Source of the DNA: a virus
Taxonomy: Duplodnaviria; Caudoviricetes
Direction: 5' to 3' (one strand)
Length of the DNA: 40,465 bases
IMG/VR virus record: IMGVR_UViG_3300038679_000219
Span: 1 to 40,465 of that record
This document shows, piece after piece, positions 8,714 to 17,304 of this stretch (positions are counted from its first letter, which is position 1; every line of letters starts with the position of its first letter). The notes beneath the pieces are model-generated. The model did no database searches and was not told the origin of the DNA. It saw only the letters and a program-made list of their open reading frames with translations. A program made the translations under genes and the position numbers.

Positions 8714-9757
8714 ATGAGTATTTTGAAGGGAAAAGCATCGTTATCACAGTTCAAGATCGATGGTGGCGCGGCCATGCTTGACGCGGCGGAATATTATCAA
8801 AAGATCAAAGCCTACGCGTTCCGTGATCTCGGCCTGGAGTCTAAAGATGAGAATATCGGCTGGACAAGCATCGATAACGCCAGAGACGGTAAGTTTTTGG
8901 GCGATTTAACCGACGGAAGCCAATATCGGCTCTTCGCCATGCGTATCGATCGCCGCACGATTCCAGCAGCGATCGTTAGAATGCGCTGTCTAGAAGAAGA
9001 AGAGAAAAAACTCGCGGAAACCGGCCAGAAGAGGCTCTATAGGGAGCAGCGAACCGCAATCCGGGAGTCTGTGATGATCGGTCTAGAACATGCCATTCCC
9101 CCCATACCGCATATTTACGAGATCATCTGGGATGTCGAGGAAGGCATCGTATATTTCGGCAGCCTTTCCATTCCGGCCATCGATACCTTCGTCGGTTTTT
9201 TTATGAAAACATTCAATCTAATTCTTCGCCCCTCAAGTGATATTTCGAATAACATTGGAGATCAGTATATGCGGCGCGAATTTCTTACCTGGCTATGGTT
9301 CAAGGCTGAAGAACGGGATGGCATCATTTACCCGTCCGGACTTGACCCCATAGCGGTATTTTTTGTTCGCCGAATTGCCTTGGTTGCTGGTGAGGGAGAG
9401 TACCTGGAGCAGGTCGTTTGCCAGGGTGAACACGCCGACCTGAAAGAAGGAATGGAAGCCCTTCGTCAGGGGAAAATGGTTATAGAAGCCCGCATCAGAG
9501 CCAATCGGGAGGGAGATGAGTTTGAGTTCACGACCCGTGCCAACGGATACCAATATCAGGGCATGAAGACCCCGCCGTCCCAGGGTGATGATCCGGAAGA
9601 CAAAACCGGTATGGCCCTGGTGCGAATTCATCTGATCAGGCAGGCGACCGGCACGATGGAATGCCTGTATCGTCAGTATATGAAAATGCGCAAGTCGGAT
9701 GAGTGGCCTGCCGAGAAGGCCCGGATGTCGCAATGGGTTGAAAGAACGGCGGAATAA
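8714..9757 (+). CDS. rdgC: RdgC-like recombination-associated protein
   Basis: AFRDL...GWTS...FAMRIDRRTIPAA...REFLTWLWF pattern of RdgC-family proteins; RBS AGGGAGG. Confidence 0.75.
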   Translation: MSILKGKASLSQFKIDGGAAMLDAAEYYQKIKAYAFRDLGLESKDENIGWTSIDNARDGKFLGDLTDGSQYRLFAMRIDRRTIPAAIVRMRCLEEEEKKLAETGQKRLYREQRTAIRESVMIGLEHAIPPIPHIYEIIWDVEEGIVYFGSLSIPAIDTFVGFFMKTFNLILRPSSDISNNIGDQYMRREFLTWLWFKAEERDGIIYPSGLDPIAVFFVRRIALVAGEGEYLEQVVCQGEHADLKEGMEALRQGKMVIEARIRANREGDEFEFTTRANGYQYQGMKTPPSQGDDPEDKTGMALVRIHLIRQATGTMECLYRQYMKMRKSDEWPAEKARMSQWVERTAE

Positions 9758-9808
9758 TAATGCGTGCTCTGGACCTCGTGTTCGGAGATCCGTAAAAAGG
9801 AGGGGCAT

Positions 9809-10018
9809 ATGGGACCAAGAAGAAAACGTACCTGCTTTGGGTGTAGAGCCCTGAAAGTTTGCTCCAGCGGTGGCGAGTGCTCCCTAGACTACACCATCAC
9901 GCTCAATAACGGATTTTATGGACCAGGTCGTGGCCAGATCTGCCCGAAGCCGGAGACTTTCGCGCGGCTGCAGTTAAGCGACGAGTTACGTCGGGAAAGC
10001 ATTCATGGGGGGGGGTAA
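9809..10018 (+). CDS. Small Cys-rich hypothetical protein (69 aa)
   Basis: ATG 9809 after AAGGAGG; CFGC...C...CPKP; ends in a G9 tract. Confidence 0.6.
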   Translation: MGPRRKRTCFGCRALKVCSSGGECSLDYTITLNNGFYGPGRGQICPKPETFARLQLSDELRRESIHGGG

Positions 10019-10020
10019 CC

Positions 10021-10587
10021 GTGAAATACAACTGTCCTTATTGTAGGAAGGATATTGATTTTATGGAATTGAAAACGGACAGCGACCTTTATGCCATCAT
10101 CAAGATGCTGCCTGTCTTTGGGAAATATAGCAATCTTGCATGGGCCTACGTTGAGCTTTTTAGCATCGTCCCGATGAGTAAGCACGCCGCAAAGGTCAGG
10201 TCGATCTTGGACGTACTGAAGATGGTATTCCAGGCCGAAGCGTTCACGTTCAACAAGAAGCGCTACAGTATCAGCCATGCCGGGATTGCTGAGGCTCTGA
10301 ACATCGTTGTTCTCAAGAATTTTCAGGAGCGCCTGGAAAACCATAATTACCTGAAGAAGGTCATGATCGGGATATCCGATAAGGAAGAGCGCGAATCCGG
10401 GAAGCAGTCGGAGCGGGATCTGCGGAAGAAAGAAGCGGGCCTGATGTCAGGGAGCAGGTATCCGGAAGCGGAAGAGACGGTCCAGTTGCCGAAGATGAAG
10501 GATGTCCCACCCGCCCATCTCACGGATGAGCAGATCGAGACCAACAGACGGCGATTGAAAGAGATGATCGAGAAGATCAGTGGATAA
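10021..10587 (+). CDS. Hypothetical protein with N-terminal CPYC
   Basis: GTG start, 188 aa, in the early operon. Confidence 0.7.
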   Translation: MKYNCPYCRKDIDFMELKTDSDLYAIIKMLPVFGKYSNLAWAYVELFSIVPMSKHAAKVRSILDVLKMVFQAEAFTFNKKRYSISHAGIAEALNIVVLKNFQERLENHNYLKKVMIGISDKEERESGKQSERDLRKKEAGLMSGSRYPEAEETVQLPKMKDVPPAHLTDEQIETNRRRLKEMIEKISG

Positions 10588-10656
10588 AATACACGCCATG
10601 CCGCCCGGCCCCGAGGCGGAAATATCGGGCCCCTCCAATGGGAAGAGAGGACAAAC

Positions 10657-10863
10657 ATGAAAGTTAAAGCAAAAAAAACTGATCATGACCGGGAAATTAC
10701 GTTGCCTTGCCCGCGTTGCGGAAAGCGACTGGCGGATTTGAAGGGGCATCAATGTGCAGGTGATGTTCAATTAGAATTCAAATGCCCTGGATCTTGTGGT
10801 CAGGTTTGGGTTACTACACAATATATTGAAAAAATACTTGCAAAAACTGCGGAGATGCGATAG
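10657..10863 (+). CDS. com: Com-like C4 zinc-finger protein
   Basis: CPRCGKRL...EFKCPGSC resembles the Mu Com pattern CxxCxKLL...ExxCPRC; RBS GAGAGG. Confidence 0.7.
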   Translation: MKVKAKKTDHDREITLPCPRCGKRLADLKGHQCAGDVQLEFKCPGSCGQVWVTTQYIEKILAKTAEMR

Positions 10864-10866
10864 GGT
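10838..10866 (+). promoter_or_regulatory. Candidate late promoter
   Basis: TTGCAA (10838-10843), 17 bp, TAGGGT (10861-10866); the palindrome TAGGGT-ttg-ACCCTA (10861-10875) overlaps the -10. Confidence 0.5.
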
Positions 10867-10889
10867 TTGACCCTAAATTCTTAAACACC

Positions 10890-10960
10890 GAGAGCCCCTG
10901 AGAGGGCCAGCGGGACTGAAACCCTGCCGGTGCGAAAACTGAGAGCCCCTGAGAGGGCCA
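10890..10960 (+). repeat. Two identical 20-bp direct repeats GAGAGCCCCTGAGAGGGCCA
   Basis: Copies at 10890-10909 and 10941-10960; each can fold as GCCC-CTGAGA-GGGC. Confidence 0.95.
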
Positions 10961-10991
10961 TCCGTCATAGACGGGTGGCCCTCTTTTTTTT
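10952..10991 (+). terminator. Rho-independent terminator upstream of the lysis/late operon
   Basis: 15-bp stem (10952-10966 / 10970-10984, one G-U), 3-nt loop and T8 run (10984-10991). Confidence 0.9.
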
Positions 10992-11013
10992 GGCTTTCAT
11001 AGGATACCGAAAG

Positions 11014-11394
11014 ATGAAAATTCAATTTATTTACAAAGTTCTTCCCGCCATCGTGATCTATACGGATCGCGTCCCGGAGGGGTCTGCCGGTTGCGCCAAC
11101 GCCATGATCGTCCGAATCCGCCCGAAGCATGTCAATGACGAAGGTCTCCTGCAGCACGAACTCACCCACGTCAAACAGGCATATCGCCTTTTGATCCTCT
11201 TCCACAGCCTCCTTTACCTCCTCGATGATCCTTACCGCCTGCATGCCGAGGTGGAAGCCTACCGAAAGCAGTTGGAATATTCCCAGGACAAGGTTGCCGA
11301 TACAGACCGTTTCGCCGGTTTCATTGCCGAGAAATACGATCTCGACGTCTCCAGAGACGCGGCGGCCATGCTGTTGAGGGGGAAAGATGACTGA
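11014..11394 (+). CDS. HExxH-motif protein (putative metallopeptidase)
   Basis: LLQHELTHVKQ and a downstream EVEAY; first gene after the terminator. Confidence 0.65.
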   Translation: MKIQFIYKVLPAIVIYTDRVPEGSAGCANAMIVRIRPKHVNDEGLLQHELTHVKQAYRLLILFHSLLYLLDDPYRLHAEVEAYRKQLEYSQDKVADTDRFAGFIAEKYDLDVSRDAAAMLLRGKDD

Positions 11395-11668
11395 GATAAA
11401 AAAATACATCATCCGTTTCGGCCTGATCCTCCTGGTCGTCCTGCCAATCCTCTATTTTACCCAGGGAGCGAACGCCCTGGGTATCATTTTTTACAAGATA
11501 TGCCTGTCCCTGCTCGGTGTCTCCACTGCCGAACTTGTCTGGGCTGTGTTCTTTAAACCCGTTTACGGAGCGACGGAGGACCTTTCCGGAGATGAGAAAC
11601 GAAGCGTCATGGTGTTTCGCGGCTTGCTTTACGCTGCTCTTATCCTGGCTTTTACCCTCGGTCTGTGA
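11387..11668 (+). CDS. Putative holin
   Basis: 93 aa with three hydrophobic segments, immediately upstream of the endolysin. Confidence 0.7.
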   Translation: MTEIKKYIIRFGLILLVVLPILYFTQGANALGIIFYKICLSLLGVSTAELVWAVFFKPVYGATEDLSGDEKRSVMVFRGLLYAALILAFTLGL

Positions 11669-12188
11669 CGCCGGAAACCGCTGTTTGAAATACTGGCCCC
11701 AGGTGGTTCGGGAGGCCCGCTATCACGTCGGGATGAACGCTCCCGCGAGCGACTTCATGGGCCAGATCGAAACGGAAAGCCGTTGCGATGCAGGTGTTAC
11801 GGCATTCGATGGCGGCATGGGTCTTGGGCAGTTCATGCCGGAAACGGCAACCTGGATCCAGGGCAAAGAAAAGGCCCTCCGGGATGTCTCGATGAAGCCC
11901 ATGCCTTACGATCCACGGTGGTCGATCCGGGCGCTGATCCTTTACGACCGATGGCTTTACCGGAACATCGATTGCCAGGACTGGCATTACGCCTACCGGG
12001 CCTATAACGGCGGCCTGGAGCGGATGAACAAGGAGATCCGGAAAGCAGGGTCCTGCGATTATCAGAAGGTTGAAGTGGCCTGCAGCAGAAAGGTGATCAA
12101 GATGAAAAAGGGGCTGCTGGATATGTGCCGGGTCAATATCGAGTATCCCTACAAGATCCGTCAAGCGGGTCGGAAGTATGAACGATGA
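11592..12188 (+). CDS. Endolysin, lytic transglycosylase (SLT) with N-terminal hydrophobic signal
   Basis: QIETES (catalytic E), GLGQFMPETA and AYNGG motifs. The start is uncertain; 11592 was chosen. Confidence 0.88.
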   Translation: MRNEASWCFAACFTLLLSWLLPSVCDAGNRCLKYWPQVVREARYHVGMNAPASDFMGQIETESRCDAGVTAFDGGMGLGQFMPETATWIQGKEKALRDVSMKPMPYDPRWSIRALILYDRWLYRNIDCQDWHYAYRAYNGGLERMNKEIRKAGSCDYQKVEVACSRKVIKMKKGLLDMCRVNIEYPYKIRQAGRKYER

Positions 12189-12736
12189 AAAGAGTGACGA
12201 TCATTGCGACTATCCTGGCGGCGCTGGCATTAACCGCCGCCGTCGTCGCTTGGTACCGGGAACAGCACCCGACGGTTATTTCGAGGACGGAATACGTCAA
12301 GGTTCCAGAAATAAAAACGGTGACAAAAATCAAGAGGGTTATGGTTCCTGTCAAGGAAGTGGTCACCCTCGAAAAACAAGTGGTTGTGGAGAAATTGAAG
12401 CTGCCGGACGAGGTGGCCAAAGACGAGGACAAACAGGTCATCACGACCGGAGAGGTTACTCCCTACGAAGGGAAAACAAACGTCGTCGCTGTCCTGGACA
12501 CGAAGACCGGAGAATCGAAGCTCATTGCCAAGCAGCAGCCCCTGCCCTTCATCGATTTTGAAAACAAGAAGGAGATCGGGGTGCGGTACGGCGTGACGAT
12601 CAAGAACGGCATGGAGGCCGACATATACGGACGGTGGGATTTCATGAGGATCGGGAACATCCATCTCGGCGTCTACGGGGAAGCGAACACGAGCGGAGAT
12701 GCCAAAGTCATGGGAAGCATCTCATACAGGTGGTGA
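12185..12736 (+). CDS. Lysis-cluster membrane protein, putative spanin-like
   Basis: N-terminal hydrophobic segment, beta-rich body and C-terminal amphipathic strands ending SISYRW; sits directly after the endolysin. Confidence 0.6.
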   Translation: MKRVTIIATILAALALTAAVVAWYREQHPTVISRTEYVKVPEIKTVTKIKRVMVPVKEVVTLEKQVVVEKLKLPDEVAKDEDKQVITTGEVTPYEGKTNVVAVLDTKTGESKLIAKQQPLPFIDFENKKEIGVRYGVTIKNGMEADIYGRWDFMRIGNIHLGVYGEANTSGDAKVMGSISYRW

Positions 12737-13003
12737 ATGGACGAGATCGACGTCGCCCAACAAAATGACGAGCTTTTCCGGCAATCGGCCCTCCGGGCTC
12801 ACTTTGCCGGTAGACAGGACGCCTTTTTGACAAGCGCCAGCCACCCTGCCCCTGGAATGAAGGGGGCGGGGCCTGGGCATGTCAAACCATGCTGCGACTG
12901 CGGAGACGAAATTGAAACGGCGCGCCTGGAGGCCCTTCCCAACGCCGTCCGGTGCATCGGTTGTCAGGAAAAAAAGGAGAGGAGGGACAGGAATCTTGGG
13001 TGA
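12737..13003 (+). CDS. TraR/DksA C4 zinc-finger protein
   Basis: MDEIDVAQ...CCDCGDEIETARLEALPNAVRCIGCQ. Confidence 0.88.
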   Translation: MDEIDVAQQNDELFRQSALRAHFAGRQDAFLTSASHPAPGMKGAGPGHVKPCCDCGDEIETARLEALPNAVRCIGCQEKKERRDRNLG

Positions 13004-13292
13004 GTACTGGCAATTATTTGTTTTCCTGGCAGGGCTGATCGCGGCCTGGAGCGTCCTTATCGTAGCGGTATTGCGGGAAATGCTCAAGGCCCATTGCGAT
13101 GACATCAACCGGAGAATCGATGAACGGATGTCGAAACTTTCCAAAGTGGAGAGGGACTTCCTCGAACTGAAAGCAGATCTTCCTCTCTCCTATGTCAGGA
13201 AAGAGGATTTTGTGCGGTTTGAAGTCGTGATCAACGCCAAGTTGGACCGCCTGTATGACTCCATAGAAAGATTGAAGGAGAAGGTATTATGA
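12996..13292 (+). CDS. Membrane-anchored coiled-coil protein (Mu gp25-like position)
   Basis: TTG start after GGAGG; TM segment followed by a coiled coil ending YVRKEDF. Confidence 0.6.
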   Translation: MGEYWQLFVFLAGLIAAWSVLIVAVLREMLKAHCDDINRRIDERMSKLSKVERDFLELKADLPLSYVRKEDFVRFEVVINAKLDRLYDSIERLKEKVL

Positions 13293-13609
13293 AGGATTCC
13301 CCCCCTCTCGATATTGAAAAAGCCCGGCGCGAAGAGATGCGCTGGCTCATTTTGAGAACGCTGCATGCAGCCCAGCCGAGCGGCACATCGGAGGTCATGA
13401 TCCGCAACGCCATCGAACCCGTCATCCTGGACGCGACGCTCAACGATGTTCGCCGGGAACTCGATTACCTGGAGGAACGTGAGCTGGTCGCGGTAACACA
13501 TCGTGACAGCCCCGTCTGGCGAGCCAAGATCAACAATCACGGCATCGACGTCGTGGAATATACCGTGGATTGCCGTCCTGGGATCGCCCGGCCTAAGAAG
13601 TGGTGGTGA
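13289..13609 (+). CDS. Mu gp26-like protein
   Basis: RWLILRTL...VRRELDYLEERELV...GIDVV...PGIARP; synteny. Confidence 0.75.
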   Translation: MKDSPPLDIEKARREEMRWLILRTLHAAQPSGTSEVMIRNAIEPVILDATLNDVRRELDYLEERELVAVTHRDSPVWRAKINNHGIDVVEYTVDCRPGIARPKKWW

Positions 13610-13610
13610 T

Positions 13611-14138
13611 ATGCCTTCGAGATCGAAGATCACGAAACTGCCCGACATTATCAAAAGGGAGTTGGATAAACGCCTGATCACGGGGAGTTTCTCCGATTAC
13701 AGAAAGTTATCCGACTGGCTTCAGGAGCAGGGATTCGAGATCTCCAGATCGGCTATCAACCGCTACGGGCAAGCCTTCGAGGACCGACTGGCGGCGATAA
13801 AGGTCGCGTCGGAGCAGGCGCGGGCCGTATCAGAAGCCGTGGGAGACAACGAAGGCGTCATGAATGACGCTCTGATCAGCCTGGTGCAGGAAAAAGCATT
13901 TGATGTCCTGGTCAACCTGCAGACGTCAGATCCGGTGGCCTTCGCCAAGATATTCCCGAAAATGGGCATCATGGTGGCCAAGCTGAGTAAAGCCTCTGTT
14001 GACCAGAAGAAGTGGATGTCCGAGGCCAAAGGCAAAGCAAAAGACGCGGCGGAAGAGGTCGTCAAGGCCGTCAAAAAGAGCGGCATGTCGGAAAAGACCG
14101 CCGAGGAGATCCGGAAGAAGATCTTGGGGATTGTATGA
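13611..14138 (+). CDS. Terminase small subunit (DUF3486, Mu gp27-like)
   Basis: MPSRSKITKLP...ISRSAINRYG; upstream of the terminase large subunit. Confidence 0.85.
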   Translation: MPSRSKITKLPDIIKRELDKRLITGSFSDYRKLSDWLQEQGFEISRSAINRYGQAFEDRLAAIKVASEQARAVSEAVGDNEGVMNDALISLVQEKAFDVLVNLQTSDPVAFAKIFPKMGIMVAKLSKASVDQKKWMSEAKGKAKDAAEEVVKAVKKSGMSEKTAEEIRKKILGIV

Positions 14139-15667
14139 CCGAAGTGAACCTCCAGAATGATTTTGATCAGGCGAGACCCGCCACGGGCATTTTGTTGCCC
14201 TATCAGACCCGCTGGGTCGCCGATCAATCTCCGGTCAAATTCATCGAGAAATCGCGCCGTGTGGGTATTTCTTGGGCCGAGGCGGCTGATGATACCCTCT
14301 ATGCCTCGGAAGCCGGGAGCGGCGAGAAACGGAACGTCTGGTACATCGGTTACACGAAGGACATGGCTCTGGAATTCATCAACGACTGCGCCAACTGGGC
14401 GCGGGCCTATAATCTGGCTGCGTCGGCGATGGAGGAATACGAGGAGATAGACGAAGAGGAAATCGGCGGAATCGTCCAGGAAAAGAAGATTCTGGCCTAC
14501 AAAATCACCCTCGAATCGGGCTGGCGGATCACGGCGCTCTCCAGCCGGCCGACGAACCTTCGCGGTAAGCAGGGCCGTGTGGTCATCGATGAAGCCGCTT
14601 TCCATGACGATCTGGCCGGGCTGCTCAAGGCGGCGATGGCTCTTCTCATGTGGGGAGGCCAGGTCCGGGTTATCAGCACGCACTTCGGGGACGTCAACGA
14701 ATTCAATTCCGTCATCCAGGATATCCGGGCCGGGAAGAAGCCGTACAGCCTCCATCGGGTGGACTTTGACGCCGCCCTGCAGGAGGGTCTTTACCGGAGG
14801 ATCTGCGAGGTCCTGGGCCGGGAATGGACTGAAGAGGGAGAGGCGGCCTGGCGGCAAGGAATGATCGATTCCTACGGGGAGGATGCCGATGAAGAGCTTT
14901 TCTGCATCCCGAGCCAGGGAACGGGAACCTTTTTGACCCGTGCGCTGATCGAGACCTGCCTCTCCGATGAGATCCCGGTCATCCGTTATGAGCAATCGAA
15001 AGCGTTTGCCGAGATCGCCGATCACATCCGCTACGCGGAAGTGAAGGATTGGTGCGATGAGACCCTGAAGCCCTTGTTGATAAAACTGGATGCCAAGCGT
15101 GCCTCCTATTTCGGGGAGGACTTCGGTCGGACGGGTGACTTGACGGTCATCACGCCTCTTTGCGAGCAGCAATCAGCCACATTCCGCGCTCCATTTATCG
15201 TGGAACTCCGAAACATCCCGTTCAAACAGCAGGAGCAGGTGCTGTTTTACATTGTCGACCGCCTTCCCCGGTTCCGTTACGGAGCGCTCGACGCGAGAGG
15301 CAACGGCCAGTATCTGGCGGAAGTGGCCATGCAGAAATACGGAGCCTCGCGCATCGCCCAGGTTATGTTGAGCGAGACCTGGTACCGGGAACACATGCCA
15401 AAATACAAATCGGCCTTTGAGGATCGTTCCATTCAGCTTCCGAAAGATGCCGACATTATCGAGGACCACCGGGCCTTCAAGGTCGTGCGCGGAGTGGCAA
15501 AACTGCCGGAAACGAAAACGAAAGGCAAGGACAACAAGCAGCGGCACGGAGATTCCGGGGTTTCCGGTGCATTAGCCTGGTTTGCCACATCGGAAGGAGA
15601 ATCCGGGCCTGTAGAATACGAAACCGTCAACAAGCGGCGCTTCGCTGCACAGCAGGGGGCCTGGTGA
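14135..15667 (+). CDS. Terminase large subunit (Mu gp28-like)
   Basis: LLPYQ, KSRRVGISW, VVIDEAAF, GEDFGRTGD and RHGD motifs. Confidence 0.93.
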   Translation: MTEVNLQNDFDQARPATGILLPYQTRWVADQSPVKFIEKSRRVGISWAEAADDTLYASEAGSGEKRNVWYIGYTKDMALEFINDCANWARAYNLAASAMEEYEEIDEEEIGGIVQEKKILAYKITLESGWRITALSSRPTNLRGKQGRVVIDEAAFHDDLAGLLKAAMALLMWGGQVRVISTHFGDVNEFNSVIQDIRAGKKPYSLHRVDFDAALQEGLYRRICEVLGREWTEEGEAAWRQGMIDSYGEDADEELFCIPSQGTGTFLTRALIETCLSDEIPVIRYEQSKAFAEIADHIRYAEVKDWCDETLKPLLIKLDAKRASYFGEDFGRTGDLTVITPLCEQQSATFRAPFIVELRNIPFKQQEQVLFYIVDRLPRFRYGALDARGNGQYLAEVAMQKYGASRIAQVMLSETWYREHMPKYKSAFEDRSIQLPKDADIIEDHRAFKVVRGVAKLPETKTKGKDNKQRHGDSGVSGALAWFATSEGESGPVEYETVNKRRFAAQQGAW

Positions 15668-17304
15668 TGGCAACTTTATATGATCAATTCGGAAAAGAAA
15701 TTCAGGTCATGAAACAGCCGGAGACCCGCGAGATCGCCGTGACGACGATCCGGGACCGATGGTCATCCTATCCGAGTCAAGGACTCACCCCCCAGCGCCT
15801 GGCCGACATTTTCAAAGAGGCCGACGGCGGGGACGTTTACCGGCAGGCTGAGTTATTCGAGGAGATGGAGGAGAAAGACACTCATCTCTTTTCGGAATTG
15901 CAGACGAGGAAGAACGCCGTCCTGGGTCTGGACTATGATCTGACGTCCTGGACGGAGTCTGCCGAGGATAAAAAAATCCGGGATTTTGTCTCCGATTGCA
16001 TTTTTAACCTCGACAGCTTTGACGATGCCCTGCTGGACCTCCTGGACGCTATTGGAAAGGGTTATTCCCTTTGCGAGATCCTTTGGCAGATCGACGGCGG
16101 AAAGGCTGTCATTGGAGGCCTGTCCTGGATCCACCCCAAGAAAGCCGTTTTCTATGACCGGGGTGGTGACATGTGGGCCAAGAGCTTTGAATTACCCCGC
16201 GTCGTAACCGAAGTGGAGCCCGTGTACGGGGAGATCATGCCGCCCTTCAAGCTGGTTTATCATCGATACAAAGCCAGATCCGGCTATGACACCCGTTCTG
16301 GCGTCCTGCGTGTATGCGCCTGGATGTACCTGTTCAAGAATTATTCCCTGAAAGATTGGGTGGCCTTCTCCGAGGTTTTCGGCATGCCTCTTCGCCTGGG
16401 TAAATATGATCCTGGCGCGAGCAAGGAAGACAAGGACGCCCTGGTCGCGGCGATCCAGTCATTAGGTTCCGACGCTGCCGGAATCATTTCCAAGAGCACG
16501 GAGATCGAGTTCGTTCAGGCCATGAAAAATGCCGGGACGGAGAACATCTACGAAGCCCTGTCCAATTTCTGCGACCGGCAAATGTCGAAAGCCATTCTCG
16601 GCCAGACAGCCACGACGGAAGGTACGCCGGGCAAGTTGGGAAACGAAGACGCCCAGGACCGGGTCCGCAGGGATCTGACGAAGGCCGATTGTCAAGCCAT
16701 TGAAAAGACAGTGCGGTTTCAGATGGTGCGGCCCCTGGTTGGCTATAATTTCGGATGGGATAAGCCGCTGCCCTGGTTCAAGATCATGTTCGAACCTGCG
16801 GAGGATCTGGAAAAACTGAGTACGGTTTATAAAAACCTCCGGGAAATGGGGCAACCGATGTCTGCCGAACACGTATCGGATCGGTTTAAGATTCCCCTGC
16901 CTCAGAAAGGGGAGACACCGCTTGGCGATGTCAAACCTGAACCACCCGGCAAAAAGACCCCACTGGCCGCCAAAAACAAGCCTGTTTCAAGCGAACGCCC
17001 TGGGATGAGGGTCGTCATAGCCAAGACGGGAGAAATCGCCACAGAAGGCGAAATTGATGATGCGGACCTTATTTCTGAACGTCTGGCGGAAGAATCGATG
17101 CCCATAACCGATGAACGCTTCATGCATCAGATCCGTCGCCTGCTCGATAATCCGAACGTGCGGGATCTCGCGGATCTACGAGACCGCATCATCGATCTTT
17201 GGGGAGAAATGGATCCGGAAGATCTTGGCGTGCTGATCGCGCGGGCGATGGCCGTGGCGGAAATGGCTGGCATGGCGGAAGTCCAGGACGAAACGGGGGT
17301 CTAA
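15667..17304 (+). CDS. Portal protein (DUF935, Mu gp29-like)
   Basis: LFEEMEEKD, FGMPLRLGKY and MSKAILGQT motifs. Confidence 0.93.
   Translation: MATLYDQFGKEIQVMKQPETREIAVTTIRDRWSSYPSQGLTPQRLADIFKEADGGDVYRQAELFEEMEEKDTHLFSELQTRKNAVLGLDYDLTSWTESAEDKKIRDFVSDCIFNLDSFDDALLDLLDAIGKGYSLCEILWQIDGGKAVIGGLSWIHPKKAVFYDRGGDMWAKSFELPRVVTEVEPVYGEIMPPFKLVYHRYKARSGYDTRSGVLRVCAWMYLFKNYSLKDWVAFSEVFGMPLRLGKYDPGASKEDKDALVAAIQSLGSDAAGIISKSTEIEFVQAMKNAGTENIYEALSNFCDRQMSKAILGQTATTEGTPGKLGNEDAQDRVRRDLTKADCQAIEKTVRFQMVRPLVGYNFGWDKPLPWFKIMFEPAEDLEKLSTVYKNLREMGQPMSAEHVSDRFKIPLPQKGETPLGDVKPEPPGKKTPLAAKNKPVSSERPGMRVVIAKTGEIATEGEIDDADLISERLAEESMPITDERFMHQIRRLLDNPNVRDLADLRDRIIDLWGEMDPEDLGVLIARAMAVAEMAGMAEVQDETGV

Noticed and set aside
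10890-10960. Direct repeats as a mini-CRISPR array
   Set aside because: Only two 20-bp copies, no cas genes, and repeat 2 is built into a terminator.
12178-12561. Embedded Rz1/o-spanin ORF
   Set aside because: No hydrophobic signal or lipobox; Arg/Gly-rich alternative-frame translation.
13763-15172. Long minus-strand ORFs (469 aa here; also 17317-18267, 23051-23977, 33863-34831) and the plus-strand 19481-20305 and 32670-33704 ORFs
   Set aside because: Shadow frames of well-supported genes in GC-rich DNA, with no recognisable motifs.
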